A DNA stretch of 64,000 nucleotides from Fimbriimonadia bacterium (lineage in GTDB: Bacteria; Armatimonadota; Fimbriimonadia; Fimbriimonadales; JABRVX01), in the NCBI GenBank assembly GCA_041483895.1, contig JBGPGO010000001.1, forward strand, positions 320,001 to 384,000, read 5' to 3'. Positions 40,703-49,857 of the stretch are shown piece by piece (the stretch's first letter is position 1; each line of letters starts with the position of its first letter). Both the position numbers and the translations under genes were made by a program. The notes under the pieces were generated by a model. It saw only the letters and a program-made list of their open reading frames with translations. It made no database searches and had not been told where the DNA came from.

Positions 40703-41556
40703 TGTTCGACACTGGCGCGGTTGAGGCGAGCCTCCGCGGTGCGACGCCGCTCATTTTCGCGGCGATGGGCGGCCTGGTCTGCGAGCGGTCCGGCGTGATC
40801 AATATCGGGCTGGAAGGGCTCCTGCTCTGGGGCGCATTCTTTTCCGCTGTCGGAAGCTATTTCACCGGCAACCCCTATCTGGGCATCGCGACCGCGGCCG
40901 TGGCCACGATTTTGCTCTCCGGCCTGCACGTGCTCATCACCCAACGGCTCAAGGTCGACCACGTTGTGAGCGGTGTGGCTGTCAACGCCATCGCCTTCGG
41001 CGGCACGGCGTTCCTGGTTGTCCGCTTGTTCGGGCAGCACGGAAGCACGCCCGAGGTTCCAAGCCTTTCTCAATGGACGTTCATTCCCGTCGCGCTCGCC
41101 CTTCCGGTTCTCATCTCCCTTTGGCTTCGGCATACGCGGTCCGGCCTCCACGTCCAAGCGGTCGGCAACGATCCTGAGAAGTCGGCGGCGATGGGACTCA
41201 ATCCGATCCGCATCCGAACGTTCGCCATCCTAGCCAGCGGCCTGTTCTGCGGTCTGGGCGGCGCGTTTCTGACGCTGGGTGACGTTCGCCAGTTCTCGGA
41301 GGCCGTGACGTCGGGGCGCGGCTTCATTGCGCTGGCGGCGTTGGTGCTGGGCCGATGGAACCCCATCGGCGCCTTTGCGGCCGCCCTCGGATTTGGTCTG
41401 TTCGACGCGTTGCAAATTCGATTGCAAGGGATCAACATTCTCGGTACGATGCCGCCGTCCGAATTTTGGGCATCCCTTCCCTATGTGCTGACCATCGTCG
41501 CACTGATCACCCTCGGAAAGCGAGCGAAGCCCCCGGCGGCGTTAGGAAAAGTTTAA
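40702..41556 (+). CDS. ABC transporter permease (nucleoside type)
   Basis: ERSGVINIGLEG, GRGFIALAA, LPYVLT and PAALG. Confidence 0.9.
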   Translation: MFDTGAVEASLRGATPLIFAAMGGLVCERSGVINIGLEGLLLWGAFFSAVGSYFTGNPYLGIATAAVATILLSGLHVLITQRLKVDHVVSGVAVNAIAFGGTAFLVVRLFGQHGSTPEVPSLSQWTFIPVALALPVLISLWLRHTRSGLHVQAVGNDPEKSAAMGLNPIRIRTFAILASGLFCGLGGAFLTLGDVRQFSEAVTSGRGFIALAALVLGRWNPIGAFAAALGFGLFDALQIRLQGINILGTMPPSEFWASLPYVLTIVALITLGKRAKPPAALGKV

Positions 41557-41574
41557 GAAATATCGGAAAAGGGG

Positions 41575-41603
41575 TTGCACCGGGCGAACAGATTCCGTAT
41601 AAT
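41575..41603 (+). promoter_or_regulatory. Sigma70-type promoter
   Basis: TTGCAC-N17-TATAAT. Confidence 0.75.
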
Positions 41604-41619
41604 TTAGCGCTGATTGATT

Positions 41620-41770
41620 ACCGGGCTCTTTGGTCCGGTCCTTGAGGGAGAGGCTCCGGGGCAAAAGCCCGGAGTGCAAGAACTGCAGCGACCCGGGGAA
41701 CGCTCCCCTAGCGACTGCGCAAAGCCGCCTGACGGCTGTGAACTTCGATCCGGACTTTGTTGAGCTGGGG
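41620..41770 (+). ncRNA. Candidate structured RNA or 5' leader (unassigned)
   Basis: Closing stem gctc..gtccgg / ccggac..gagc encloses hairpins ctccggg/cccggag, gggga/tcccc and agccg/cggct; immediately downstream of the promoter. Confidence 0.45.
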
Positions 41771-41928
41771 AGACTGTGAATGGCGTCTAATGGGAGGCAT
41801 GCGTGTTTGTTCCGCGAGTTGTCGCATCGATCTTGTCTGTCTTTTTTCCAAAACAACCTCCTTCGACGTGTATCCCCGTTCTCGAATCTGACTTCCGACC
41901 CGCCTGTGAACCCGAATGATGCCAACCG

Positions 41929-42141
41929 GTGGGAGGGGTAGTGCCCCTTCTCGTCGGTTCGCTGGCGGCATTTGTGGCATTGGCGGCCGGCATCCTGGCC
42001 GGAGTGCATTGGGAATTTGTACTCCAACGGGCTGGGATCGCCTTGGTGGTCGGTTGGTTGTTGGGCGCTATTTGGCAAGCGATCTTCGCCCAGCTGAAAC
42101 CGATTCGGACCAAGGCAAAAGAGAAGACGAGCGAAGACTAA
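41929..42141 (+). CDS. Small two-TM hypothetical protein upstream of fliA
   Basis: 70 aa with two hydrophobic helices and a basic tail; stops 21 nt before fliA. Confidence 0.65.
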   Translation: MGGVVPLLVGSLAAFVALAAGILAGVHWEFVLQRAGIALVVGWLLGAIWQAIFAQLKPIRTKAKEKTSED

Positions 42142-42162
42142 GAAAAGAGGACCTGACATAGC

Positions 42163-42945
42163 ATGGGGTTACAACCGCATCAGTTGCAAGATAATTGGAA
42201 GAGGTTCAAGATATATCAAGATCCGGCGGCCCGAAGCGAACTCATCGATCATTATAAATACCTGGTAAAAATCACCGCCGGGCGTGTTGTCAGCAGCCCG
42301 CCGCCGGGGCTGGATCGGGAGGACCTGGTCGGGGCGGGCGTTCAGGGGCTCATTAAAGCCATTGACCAATTCGATTTCACCCGCGCCGTCAAGTTTGAAA
42401 CCTACGCGATCGCCTTGGTTCGGGGAGCGATACTGGAAATGCTTCGGGACGAGGACTGGGTGCCGCGCTCGATTCGCGAACGGTTGAAGCTGCTGGAACG
42501 AACCCACATGGACCTGGAAGTCAAGATGGGCCGCCCGCCGCGCGAGGTCGAGGTGGCGGAGACGATGGGCTTGACCTTGGAGGACTACCACCAGCTTTTG
42601 ATCCAATTGGGACGTACCTCCTTGGCGTCTATTGACGATATTCTTTCCAGCAACGAGAACGACGACCAGCTCCGAGTTTCCGACCTGATCGAGGATCGCA
42701 CGGTCAGCCCGGAGGGAGAGGTGCACGGCCGGGAGATTCGGCGGCTGCTCACGGATTCGATTGGGAAGCTGCCGGAGCGGGAGCACCTGGTGATCTCCCT
42801 GTACTATTACGAGGGGCTGACGTTCAAAGAGATTGGCAAGGTGCTGGGAGTGTCGGAGAGCCGGGTTTACCAATTGCACACGCAGGCGATGGTTCGGCTG
42901 CGGGTCGGCCTGAGCGAGAACGTCACGATGTTCCAGCGCCAGTAA
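42163..42945 (+). CDS. fliA: RNA polymerase sigma factor FliA/WhiG (sigma28)
   Basis: GLIKAIDQFD, KFETYA...RGAIL...DWVPRS and LYYYEGLTFKEIGKVLGVSESRVYQLH. Confidence 0.93.
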   Translation: MGLQPHQLQDNWKRFKIYQDPAARSELIDHYKYLVKITAGRVVSSPPPGLDREDLVGAGVQGLIKAIDQFDFTRAVKFETYAIALVRGAILEMLRDEDWVPRSIRERLKLLERTHMDLEVKMGRPPREVEVAETMGLTLEDYHQLLIQLGRTSLASIDDILSSNENDDQLRVSDLIEDRTVSPEGEVHGREIRRLLTDSIGKLPEREHLVISLYYYEGLTFKEIGKVLGVSESRVYQLHTQAMVRLRVGLSENVTMFQRQ

Positions 42946-43010
42946 CGCTGGCTTCCAGCCGGCATTGAAGACCCCCACCCCAGCCCTCCCCCGCAAGCGG
43001 GGGAGGGGGT
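42942..43010. repeat. Composite REP cluster: GTAA-cgctggcttccagccggca overlapping the fliA stop, plus a family B copy
   Basis: gctgg-ctt-ccagc hairpin at about 42947-42959; family B element at 42971-43010. Confidence 0.75.
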
Positions 43011-43068
43011 GAAAGACGGCAGTGATGGAATAAGCCTCTTGAGCGGCCTGTGAACCTCTCGAGGAGGC

Positions 43069-43290
43069 GTGATGATGTCAGTAGACGGAAGCGTCCCTAT
43101 CAACCGGGTGCAGCCGGTCCCAACCGCGCCAGCCATCCGGCCCATCGGCGACCGGCAGACCGACCGTGATGCCAAGGACCAACGTGACGAACAGGGCAAA
43201 GCGCTCGTTGAGGTCATTGACGAGGAAGCCGATGAGCCTGACCCGGAAGAAGCCCCGATAGAAGAACCGCACCTGGACATCACGACCTAA
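43069..43290 (+). CDS. Small acidic hypothetical protein
   Basis: AGGAGG RBS; 73 aa, low complexity, ends HLDITT. Confidence 0.6.
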   Translation: MMMSVDGSVPINRVQPVPTAPAIRPIGDRQTDRDAKDQRDEQGKALVEVIDEEADEPDPEEAPIEEPHLDITT

Positions 43291-43310
43291 ACACCCGACA
43301 GATTCCCAGA

Positions 43311-43703
43311 ATGACCGAAATTCTGTTCGTCGGACAGCTTCTCTTGCTTCTGGCTGGGTGGTTTTTGTACCAAAAGGCACAGCAGGAACTTCGCGCGGAG
43401 GTTCGCAAGTACTCCATAAGCGCGGAGGTCGATGATCTCCGGCGCACGGTAGACGAGCTATTGAGTAAACTGGTCGGCGACGCGGAGCGGGTGAGGCGAG
43501 AGCTGGACGCCCGCAGCGCCGTGCCGGAGGCCAATGCCAAGGCGGTCGTGTTCGCTCTGGCGGACCAAGGGCGTAAACCGGGCGCAATCGCCGGGGAAAC
43601 AGGCCTCACGGTGGGCGAAATCGAGTTGATGCTCGATATTAGGAATTATGGGGGAAACGCTGCGGCCTACGGCCCTGGAGCGACCCAGGAGGAAACGATT
43701 TGA
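43311..43703 (+). CDS. Hypothetical protein (TM, coiled coil, HTH-like tail; DUF2802/DUF6115-like)
   Basis: VFALADQG...IAGETGLTVGEIELML. Confidence 0.7.
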   Translation: MTEILFVGQLLLLLAGWFLYQKAQQELRAEVRKYSISAEVDDLRRTVDELLSKLVGDAERVRRELDARSAVPEANAKAVVFALADQGRKPGAIAGETGLTVGEIELMLDIRNYGGNAAAYGPGATQEETI

Positions 43704-44797
43704 GACAGTTGAGACCATGTGCGGCCCTGCTGAGCCTTTTGGTTCTGGCGGCCTTCATTGCGGCAGGGTGCGAAAAAGAGGATGTCCTGGCCACCGTCAA
43801 CGGGGAGAAAATCATGCGGGACGCTTGGCGGCGGAAAGCCGAGCTGGCGGGAGAACGCTATGCCACTTGGCTGCAGCAGCGGGCACAGGCAGGCCAGCCG
43901 CTTTACCCGGTGGGCTATTACGCTCTCGATCAATTGATCCTCGAAAAGATATTGTATCAGTTGGCGAAAACAGAAGGCGTTACCGCGACGCCTCAAGAGG
44001 TCGAAGACTATCTGCAGCGCGCCATCCGCAAAAAGTCAAGCTTCCTCGACGACCAAAAGATGCTCGGTCGCAATAAGCAGAGCATCAAAGACGAAATTCG
44101 GGCAGAGCTAACAAGATTCAACCTCCAAACAAAAGGAGTGAAGGTCTCGGATGCAGAGGTCGATGAGTACATAAAGCTCCATCCGGAAGACTTTACCTAT
44201 CCGGCCGTTGTCACCTTCCGCATCATCGCGGTAAAGAACAAGGAGGACGAGGCCGCGGTCGATAAGGACCTGCAGTCCGGCATGACTTTTGCCATGGTGG
44301 CAACGAACCGCTCAGAAGACGACAGCAAAAAAGTTGGTGGACTGACACCCCAGAAGATTATCAAGCAGCTTCCGGCGGAAATCCAGCAGATCGTTGCGGA
44401 AACTCCTGTCGGGAAATACTATACCGGCGGCCCGCCCGAAAGCCACGGATGGCAACAGGTTCGAGAAGGTTACTTGCGCCTGTACATCGACAGCAAAAAT
44501 CCCGAACAATACACTGCGCCCAATGCCGATCAAAAGTGGCTGGTTAAGCGCTCGATGATGCAGCAGAAGGCGGCGGACCAGTCGGAATTTCAGGACAAGC
44601 TGGTAGACGCCGTTACATCTGCCAAAGTAGAAGTGAATGAAACCTACCTTGCCACCATGTGGAAAGGCGATGCCAAGATGCGCGTGGAATTCCTGAAGCA
44701 GCAGAAGCAAAAGGAGAAGGCCGCCGAAACGTCCGGCAAAGCGGATGTGACGGGTGGCACGACCGGCATTGTCCCCGACTCTTCGGGCAAGAAGTAA
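43700..44797 (+). CDS. PrsA/SurA-like peptidyl-prolyl isomerase lipoprotein
   Basis: Lipobox AAGC; LATVNGEKI, ALDQLILEK and FAMVATNRSEDDSKKVGGL (parvulin-like). Confidence 0.85.
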   Translation: MRQLRPCAALLSLLVLAAFIAAGCEKEDVLATVNGEKIMRDAWRRKAELAGERYATWLQQRAQAGQPLYPVGYYALDQLILEKILYQLAKTEGVTATPQEVEDYLQRAIRKKSSFLDDQKMLGRNKQSIKDEIRAELTRFNLQTKGVKVSDAEVDEYIKLHPEDFTYPAVVTFRIIAVKNKEDEAAVDKDLQSGMTFAMVATNRSEDDSKKVGGLTPQKIIKQLPAEIQQIVAETPVGKYYTGGPPESHGWQQVREGYLRLYIDSKNPEQYTAPNADQKWLVKRSMMQQKAADQSEFQDKLVDAVTSAKVEVNETYLATMWKGDAKMRVEFLKQQKQKEKAAETSGKADVTGGTTGIVPDSSGKK

Positions 44798-44801
44798 TTC
44801 A

Positions 44802-46229
44802 ATGCGCTTGCGGCTGATCGGTTTGGGCCCTGGAGGCGACCTTCCGGCCGCGGCCATTGAAGCCTGCCGATCCGCTCACGCCGTCCTGGTTCGAACGGAG
44901 ATTCATCCCGGGGTCGAGCAGTTGCGCGCCCATGGGATTGCGTTTGAAACGGCGGACGATCTATATCAATCAGCCGCAGGCTTCGACGACCTGTACCCGC
45001 GTATTGCCGAAAGGGTCCTGTCGCTGCTCGAGCATCACCGCGATGTTGCCTACGCTGTTCCCGGTCATCCGCTCTTTGGGGAACGGTCCTGCCGGCTGCT
45101 GATAGCGGAATGCAGATCGCGGGGAATCGATGTAGCGATCGTTGGCGGAAAAGACTTTGTCACGGCCACACTCGAAGCCGTCGGAGAGCCGTTTTCCGGG
45201 CACCTGCAGATTCTGAACGCGTACGAGGTGGCTTCTTTCCGGCCTGACCCCCGCGCGCCGTGTCTCATCTATCAACTGGATAGCAAGGAGGCGGCATCGG
45301 AAGCAAAGCTGGCGCTGATGAAGGCGTTCCCAGACGAACATCCGGTGCGTCTCGTGATCGATGGGGCCTCGGCGGCGGAACGCGTGGTGGAAACGCCCCT
45401 CTACGAGTTGGACCATCTGGACTTCAATCCGCGATGCAGCCTCTACGTCCCCGCTTTGGATTTGGCGCGTCCGCCGGGGTTTTATGGATTGGTCGAGGTC
45501 GTGTCGCGGCTGCGCGGTCCCGGCGGCTGCCCCTGGGACATCGAGCAGACTCACGAAACGCTGAAGACCCATCTGGTAGAGGAGAGCTATGAGGTCTTGG
45601 AGGCGATCGACGCGGACGACCCTGGCAAGTTGTGCGAGGAGCTGGGCGACTTCCTGCTCCAGGCGCTGATGCACGCGCAGATCGACAGCGAAGAGGGTCT
45701 CTATGATATTGATGACGTGATTGCCGGGCAGACGGAGAAGCTGGTCCGGCGGCATCCGCACGTGTTTGCGGACCTCTCCGTGGACGGGGTGGATGAGGTG
45801 CTGAAGAACTGGGACAGGATCAAGTCGCATGAGAAGGGCGGCGAGCCGGCATCGGCATTGGCGGGAGTTCCGAAGTCGCTGCCTTCCCTGCTTCGGGCGT
45901 TCGAGGTTTCCAAGCGGGCGGCGCGTCTGGGGTTCGACTGGCCTTCGTTAGAGTCGGTGTTGGAGAAAGTGGAAGAGGAGCTGGCGGAGGTCCGATCTGC
46001 CCCACCTGACCGGCTGGCCGCGGAGATTGGGGATTTGTTGTTCGCCGCCGCCAACGTCGCCCGCAAGGCCGGGGTGGAACCGGAAGAGGCCCTGCGGCAA
46101 ATGGTGCATCGGTTCACTTCGCGGTTCACATATATGGAACAACAGTTAGCAGGCCGCGATCCGCATGCCCTGACGGCGGATGAGTGGGAGACGCTTTGGC
46201 AAGAGGCCAAAAAGGCTGCCGGCGGCTAG
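44802..46229 (+). CDS. mazG: YabN-type tetrapyrrole-methylase/MazG nucleoside triphosphate pyrophosphohydrolase fusion
   Basis: IGLGPG and YAVPGHP; then LRGPGGCPWD.EQT, EESYE, EELGD, RRHPHVF and GFDW. Confidence 0.92.
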   Translation: MRLRLIGLGPGGDLPAAAIEACRSAHAVLVRTEIHPGVEQLRAHGIAFETADDLYQSAAGFDDLYPRIAERVLSLLEHHRDVAYAVPGHPLFGERSCRLLIAECRSRGIDVAIVGGKDFVTATLEAVGEPFSGHLQILNAYEVASFRPDPRAPCLIYQLDSKEAASEAKLALMKAFPDEHPVRLVIDGASAAERVVETPLYELDHLDFNPRCSLYVPALDLARPPGFYGLVEVVSRLRGPGGCPWDIEQTHETLKTHLVEESYEVLEAIDADDPGKLCEELGDFLLQALMHAQIDSEEGLYDIDDVIAGQTEKLVRRHPHVFADLSVDGVDEVLKNWDRIKSHEKGGEPASALAGVPKSLPSLLRAFEVSKRAARLGFDWPSLESVLEKVEEELAEVRSAPPDRLAAEIGDLLFAAANVARKAGVEPEEALRQMVHRFTSRFTYMEQQLAGRDPHALTADEWETLWQEAKKAAGG

Positions 46230-46243
46230 TGCTGCCTCTCTAT

Positions 46244-46361
46244 CCCTTCGCGGTCGCACGACAAAGGTCAATATCATATCCCTTCACAGTCGCACTGTGA
46301 AGGGCCGTTCGGACGGATCGATGCCTTGACAGCCGCCCCTTCACAGTGCGACTGTGAAGGG
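46244..46361. repeat. REPIN-like cluster of family A palindromes
   Basis: Degenerate copy at about 46244, cccttcacagtcgcactgtgaaggg at 46280-46304 and its inverted copy at 46337-46361. Confidence 0.88.
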
Positions 46362-46375
46362 ATGGGAACGTCTAG

Positions 46376-46804
46376 CTAGGCCGTCTTCTTTTCCGACATT
46401 GGTGTTGCGTCTTTGACCGCACCAAATGTGCTGCCCGACTCCAGCGCGGTTGCACCAGATTGTAGAATGTCGTTGAGCAGGGCATTAAGGCTGACACCCT
46501 CTTGTTCTGCCAGCCGATCGAGTCGGTAGTGCAAGGACTTCGTCAGTCGCAGCGTGACGCGTCCACTGAAATCGGTCGATGGCATGGTCGAATACGGGAC
46601 CGGCATATTGGCAATTGGTTCGTCCGAGTATAGGTCTTCTGCCAACTCAGCCAAATCTTGGACCGCGTCGACTGGAGTTGGACCGTATCCGGAAGCCGAA
46701 AATGCCAACTCTTTGTAGATCGCCTTGTATCCCCCGCCATCTTCTTCAGGCAGCGGCGTGACCTCTACAGTGTATTTCGCGAGCAATTCTATTGTCGGCG
46801 TCAT
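46376..46804 (-). CDS. hicB: HicB family antitoxin
   Basis: EEDGGGY...GYGPTPVDAVQDL; RHH-type tail FSGRVTLRLTKSLH...AEQEGVSLN. Confidence 0.88.
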   Translation of the reverse strand: MTPTIELLAKYTVEVTPLPEEDGGGYKAIYKELAFSASGYGPTPVDAVQDLAELAEDLYSDEPIANMPVPYSTMPSTDFSGRVTLRLTKSLHYRLDRLAEQEGVSLNALLNDILQSGATALESGSTFGAVKDATPMSEKKTA

Positions 46805-47061
46805 TCAGATACCCCTAACCAGTCGAGGGCCTTGAGAATGTCTCTAATCGCGATGGCGTGGATTTCACCTTGATGCCCAAATGCGTGAGCATTAATAGGG
46901 ACATAACCAGGTCTCGGGAGGCCTTTGTGATGGGCTTTCCAATGACCTTTCTTGGTTTGTTCCAAAACAAATCCGAATCTCTCAAGTTCCCTCTTTACAT
47001 TGGCGATCTTGTGCCCGGTGCGGGCTCCCGATCGCCAAGCTTCTATAAGGTTCTTTTTCAT
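46801..47061 (-). CDS. hicA: HicA-like toxin
   Basis: 86 aa, basic; LERFGF...GHWKAHH...VPINAH; ATGA-coupled to hicB. Confidence 0.75.
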   Translation of the reverse strand: MKKNLIEAWRSGARTGHKIANVKRELERFGFVLEQTKKGHWKAHHKGLPRPGYVPINAHAFGHQGEIHAIAIRDILKALDWLGVSE

Positions 47062-47071
47062 TATAGCACAT

Positions 47072-47091
47072 TGACACCATATATGGTGTCA
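47072..47091. promoter_or_regulatory. Perfect 20-bp palindrome, candidate HicB operator
   Basis: TGACACCATATATGGTGTCA, 10 nt upstream of the hicA start. Confidence 0.7.
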
Positions 47092-47202
47092 CTTTAGTCT
47101 CAATTCTGAGTATTTACGCGGCTGTGAAATCTACGATACCTTACATAAACGGCTCCAACTGACCGAAGGGTAAAATAGGCAACCATCCCCAAGGAGACCT
47201 CT

Positions 47203-49857
47203 TTGAGTACCAAACGCGTTTATCTGTTCCACGAAGGCGATGCCACCATGCGAGACCTGCTGGGAGGCAAGGGCGCCAACCTGTGCGAGATGACCAACAT
47301 CGGCCTGCCCGTTCCGCCCGGCTTTGTCATCACCACCGACGCCTGTCGCGAATCGCTGTCGCTGGGCCGCCTGCCGGACGGACTGATGGATGAGGTCCGC
47401 GCCGCTCTGGCCGAAGTGGAAAAGGCCCTGGACAAGCGGCTCGGCGATCCGAATTCCCCGCTCCTGGTCTCCGTGCGGTCCGGCTCCAAGTTTTCTATGC
47501 CCGGGATGATGGACACGATTTTGAACTTGGGTCTCAACAGCGCGACGGTCGATTCCATTGCGCGCCTCACGGACAACGAACGCTTTGCCTACGACGCCTA
47601 TCGCCGATTTATCATGATGTTCAGCTGTGTGGTTCTCAACATCCCGAAAGCCAAGTTCGAGCAGCGGTTCGAGGCGATGAAAGAGTCGCTGGGGGTTCAC
47701 CAAGATACGGAAGTCGGAGCATCTGACCTTCGAAAGCTAAGCGAGGAGTTTTTGCGGATCGTCCAGACCGAATCGGGCAAGCCGTTCCCGGACGACCCAG
47801 TGAAGCAGCTTGAGATGGCGGTGGGGTCGGTATTCGAAAGCTGGAACAACGAGCGCGCGATTATCTACCGGCGCAAAGAGAACATCCCGGATGCATTGGG
47901 CACGGCATGCAGCGTGCAGGCGATGGTGTTCGGCAATATGGGGGACGACTGCGGGACCGGCGTGGCCTTTACCAGGGACGTCGCGACTGGTGAGAATGCG
48001 CTGTACGGCGAGTTCCTGGTCAACGCCCAGGGCGAGGACGTGGTCGCGGGCATTCGCACGCCGCTAAAGATCGCCGAATTGCGCGACAAGATGCCGGAGA
48101 TCTATCAGCAGTTTGTAGAGATCGGACAGCGGTTGGAACAGCACTATCGGGACGTGATGGATTTGGAGTTCACGATAGAAAAGGGGCGCCTATTTATGCT
48201 GCAGTGCCGCGTGGGCAAGCGGACCGGCCCGGCGGCGGTGCGCATCGCGGTGGAGATGGCCAACGACGGTCTGATCAGCCGGGAAGAGGCAATTCTCCGC
48301 GTCGAGCCCAACCGGTTGAACGAGCTGCTCCACCCGCGCATCGATCTGTCCAAAGGTGAGCGGCCGATCGCCAAAGGACTGCCCGCGTCGCCGGGCGCGG
48401 CGTCCGGCGTGTGCGTCTTCAACTCGCACCGAGCGGAAGAGATGGGCAAGGGCCAGCCGCTGATTTTGGTGCGGCAAGAGACCAACCCCGACGATATCCG
48501 CGGGATGCTGGTTTCCAAAGGAATTCTTACGCAGCGTGGAGGCATGACGAGCCACGCGGCGGTTGTGGCGCGCGGTTTCGGCGTGCCGTGCGTCGCCGGG
48601 TGCGAGGCGATCAACGTGGACGAAGATTCGGACACAATGACGGCAGGCAGTAAGACGTTCAAAGAGGGCGACTGGATCACGATTGACGGATCGTCCGGCG
48701 CTGTCTATGCCGGGCAGATTCCGACCGTGGCAGCGGAGATTTCCGGCCAGATGGCGACGCTGCTTGGCTGGGCGGACGGGTTCCGCCGGCTGGGAGTGCG
48801 GGCCAACGCGGACAATCCGACCGACGCGGCGCGCGCGGTGGAGTTCGGCGCTGAGGGTATCGGATTATGCCGCACGGAGCACATGTTCTTCCAAGATCGA
48901 TTGCCCATCATGCAGCATATGATCTTGGCGGAGACGGAAGACGACCGGCGCGTGGCGCTGGCCAAGCTGCTGCCGTTCCAAAGAGAAGATTTCGTCGGCA
49001 TCTTCCGAGCGATGGCTGCCAAGCCGGTGACGATTCGCCTCTTGGACCCGCCGCTGCATGAATTCCTTCCGCAGCATTCGGAATTGGTTGAGGAAGTAAC
49101 AGAATTGCGCGTGCGCGGCAATGACCCGGCGAAGTTGGCGGAGCGGGAGGCGCTGCTGGAAAAAGTGGAGGGGATGCGCGAGGCCAACCCGATGCTCGGG
49201 TTGCGCGGCGTGCGCCTTTCGATTCTTTTCCCGGAGATTGTCGAGGTGCAGGTGACGGCGATTCTGGAGGCGGCGATCCACGTGCAAAAAGAGGGGATCG
49301 AGGTGTTGCCGGAGATCATGATCCCATTGGTGGGCCATGTCAATGAATTGAAATTTGTGCGCGAGAAGTTGGAAGCGGTGGTTCAGACAGTGCTGGCGCA
49401 GAACGACGCGCGGGTGGACTACAAGTTCGGCACCATGATCGAGCTGCCGCGCGCCTGCCTTACCGCCGATGAGATAGCGCCGTATGCCGAGTTCTTCAGC
49501 TTCGGCACAAACGACTTGACGCAGACCACGTTCGGTTTCAGCCGCGACGACGCGGAGGGCAAGTTCTTGGAGCGCTACACCGATCAAGGCATCCTGCCGG
49601 TCAACCCGTTTGCGGAACTGGATGAGGCGGGGGTTGGGAAGCTGGTCAAGATGACCGTAGAGCTGGGGAACGCCGCGAATCCGGGCATCAAGATGGGTAT
49701 CTGCGGCGAGCACGGCGGCGATCCGGCGTCCATAGATTTCTGCCACCGCGTCGGCCTCACGTATGTCAGTTGTTCGCCCTTCCGCGTCCCCATCGCCCGC
49801 CTCGCCGCCGCACAGTCCGCGTTGCGATCGCGGGTCAGCGTGACTGTGGATAAGTAA
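47203..49857 (+). CDS. ppdK: Pyruvate phosphate dikinase
   Basis: LLGGKGANL, SVRSG, GGMTSHAAVVARG, GIGLCRTEHMF, FSFGTNDLTQ and GICGEHGG. Confidence 0.97.
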   Translation: MSTKRVYLFHEGDATMRDLLGGKGANLCEMTNIGLPVPPGFVITTDACRESLSLGRLPDGLMDEVRAALAEVEKALDKRLGDPNSPLLVSVRSGSKFSMPGMMDTILNLGLNSATVDSIARLTDNERFAYDAYRRFIMMFSCVVLNIPKAKFEQRFEAMKESLGVHQDTEVGASDLRKLSEEFLRIVQTESGKPFPDDPVKQLEMAVGSVFESWNNERAIIYRRKENIPDALGTACSVQAMVFGNMGDDCGTGVAFTRDVATGENALYGEFLVNAQGEDVVAGIRTPLKIAELRDKMPEIYQQFVEIGQRLEQHYRDVMDLEFTIEKGRLFMLQCRVGKRTGPAAVRIAVEMANDGLISREEAILRVEPNRLNELLHPRIDLSKGERPIAKGLPASPGAASGVCVFNSHRAEEMGKGQPLILVRQETNPDDIRGMLVSKGILTQRGGMTSHAAVVARGFGVPCVAGCEAINVDEDSDTMTAGSKTFKEGDWITIDGSSGAVYAGQIPTVAAEISGQMATLLGWADGFRRLGVRANADNPTDAARAVEFGAEGIGLCRTEHMFFQDRLPIMQHMILAETEDDRRVALAKLLPFQREDFVGIFRAMAAKPVTIRLLDPPLHEFLPQHSELVEEVTELRVRGNDPAKLAEREALLEKVEGMREANPMLGLRGVRLSILFPEIVEVQVTAILEAAIHVQKEGIEVLPEIMIPLVGHVNELKFVREKLEAVVQTVLAQNDARVDYKFGTMIELPRACLTADEIAPYAEFFSFGTNDLTQTTFGFSRDDAEGKFLERYTDQGILPVNPFAELDEAGVGKLVKMTVELGNAANPGIKMGICGEHGGDPASIDFCHRVGLTYVSCSPFRVPIARLAAAQSALRSRVSVTVDK

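Noticed and set aside
41645..41740. c-di-GMP-I (GEMM) or ykkC/guanidine riboswitch
   Set aside because: GGGCAAA, GCAAAGCC and AAAAGCCCGGAG fragments are present, but the order, the GNRA/receptor stem and the other conserved blocks do not fit. Left as unassigned RNA.
41542..42159. 205-aa and 108-aa minus-strand ORFs and small plus-strand ORFs in the fliA leader
   Set aside because: No recognisable motifs, and they overlap the promoter, the RNA structure and the better 41929-42141 ORF.
47061..47068. TGCTATAAT as the hicA -10 element
   Set aside because: It overlaps the hicA ATG, so a transcript from it would omit the start codon.
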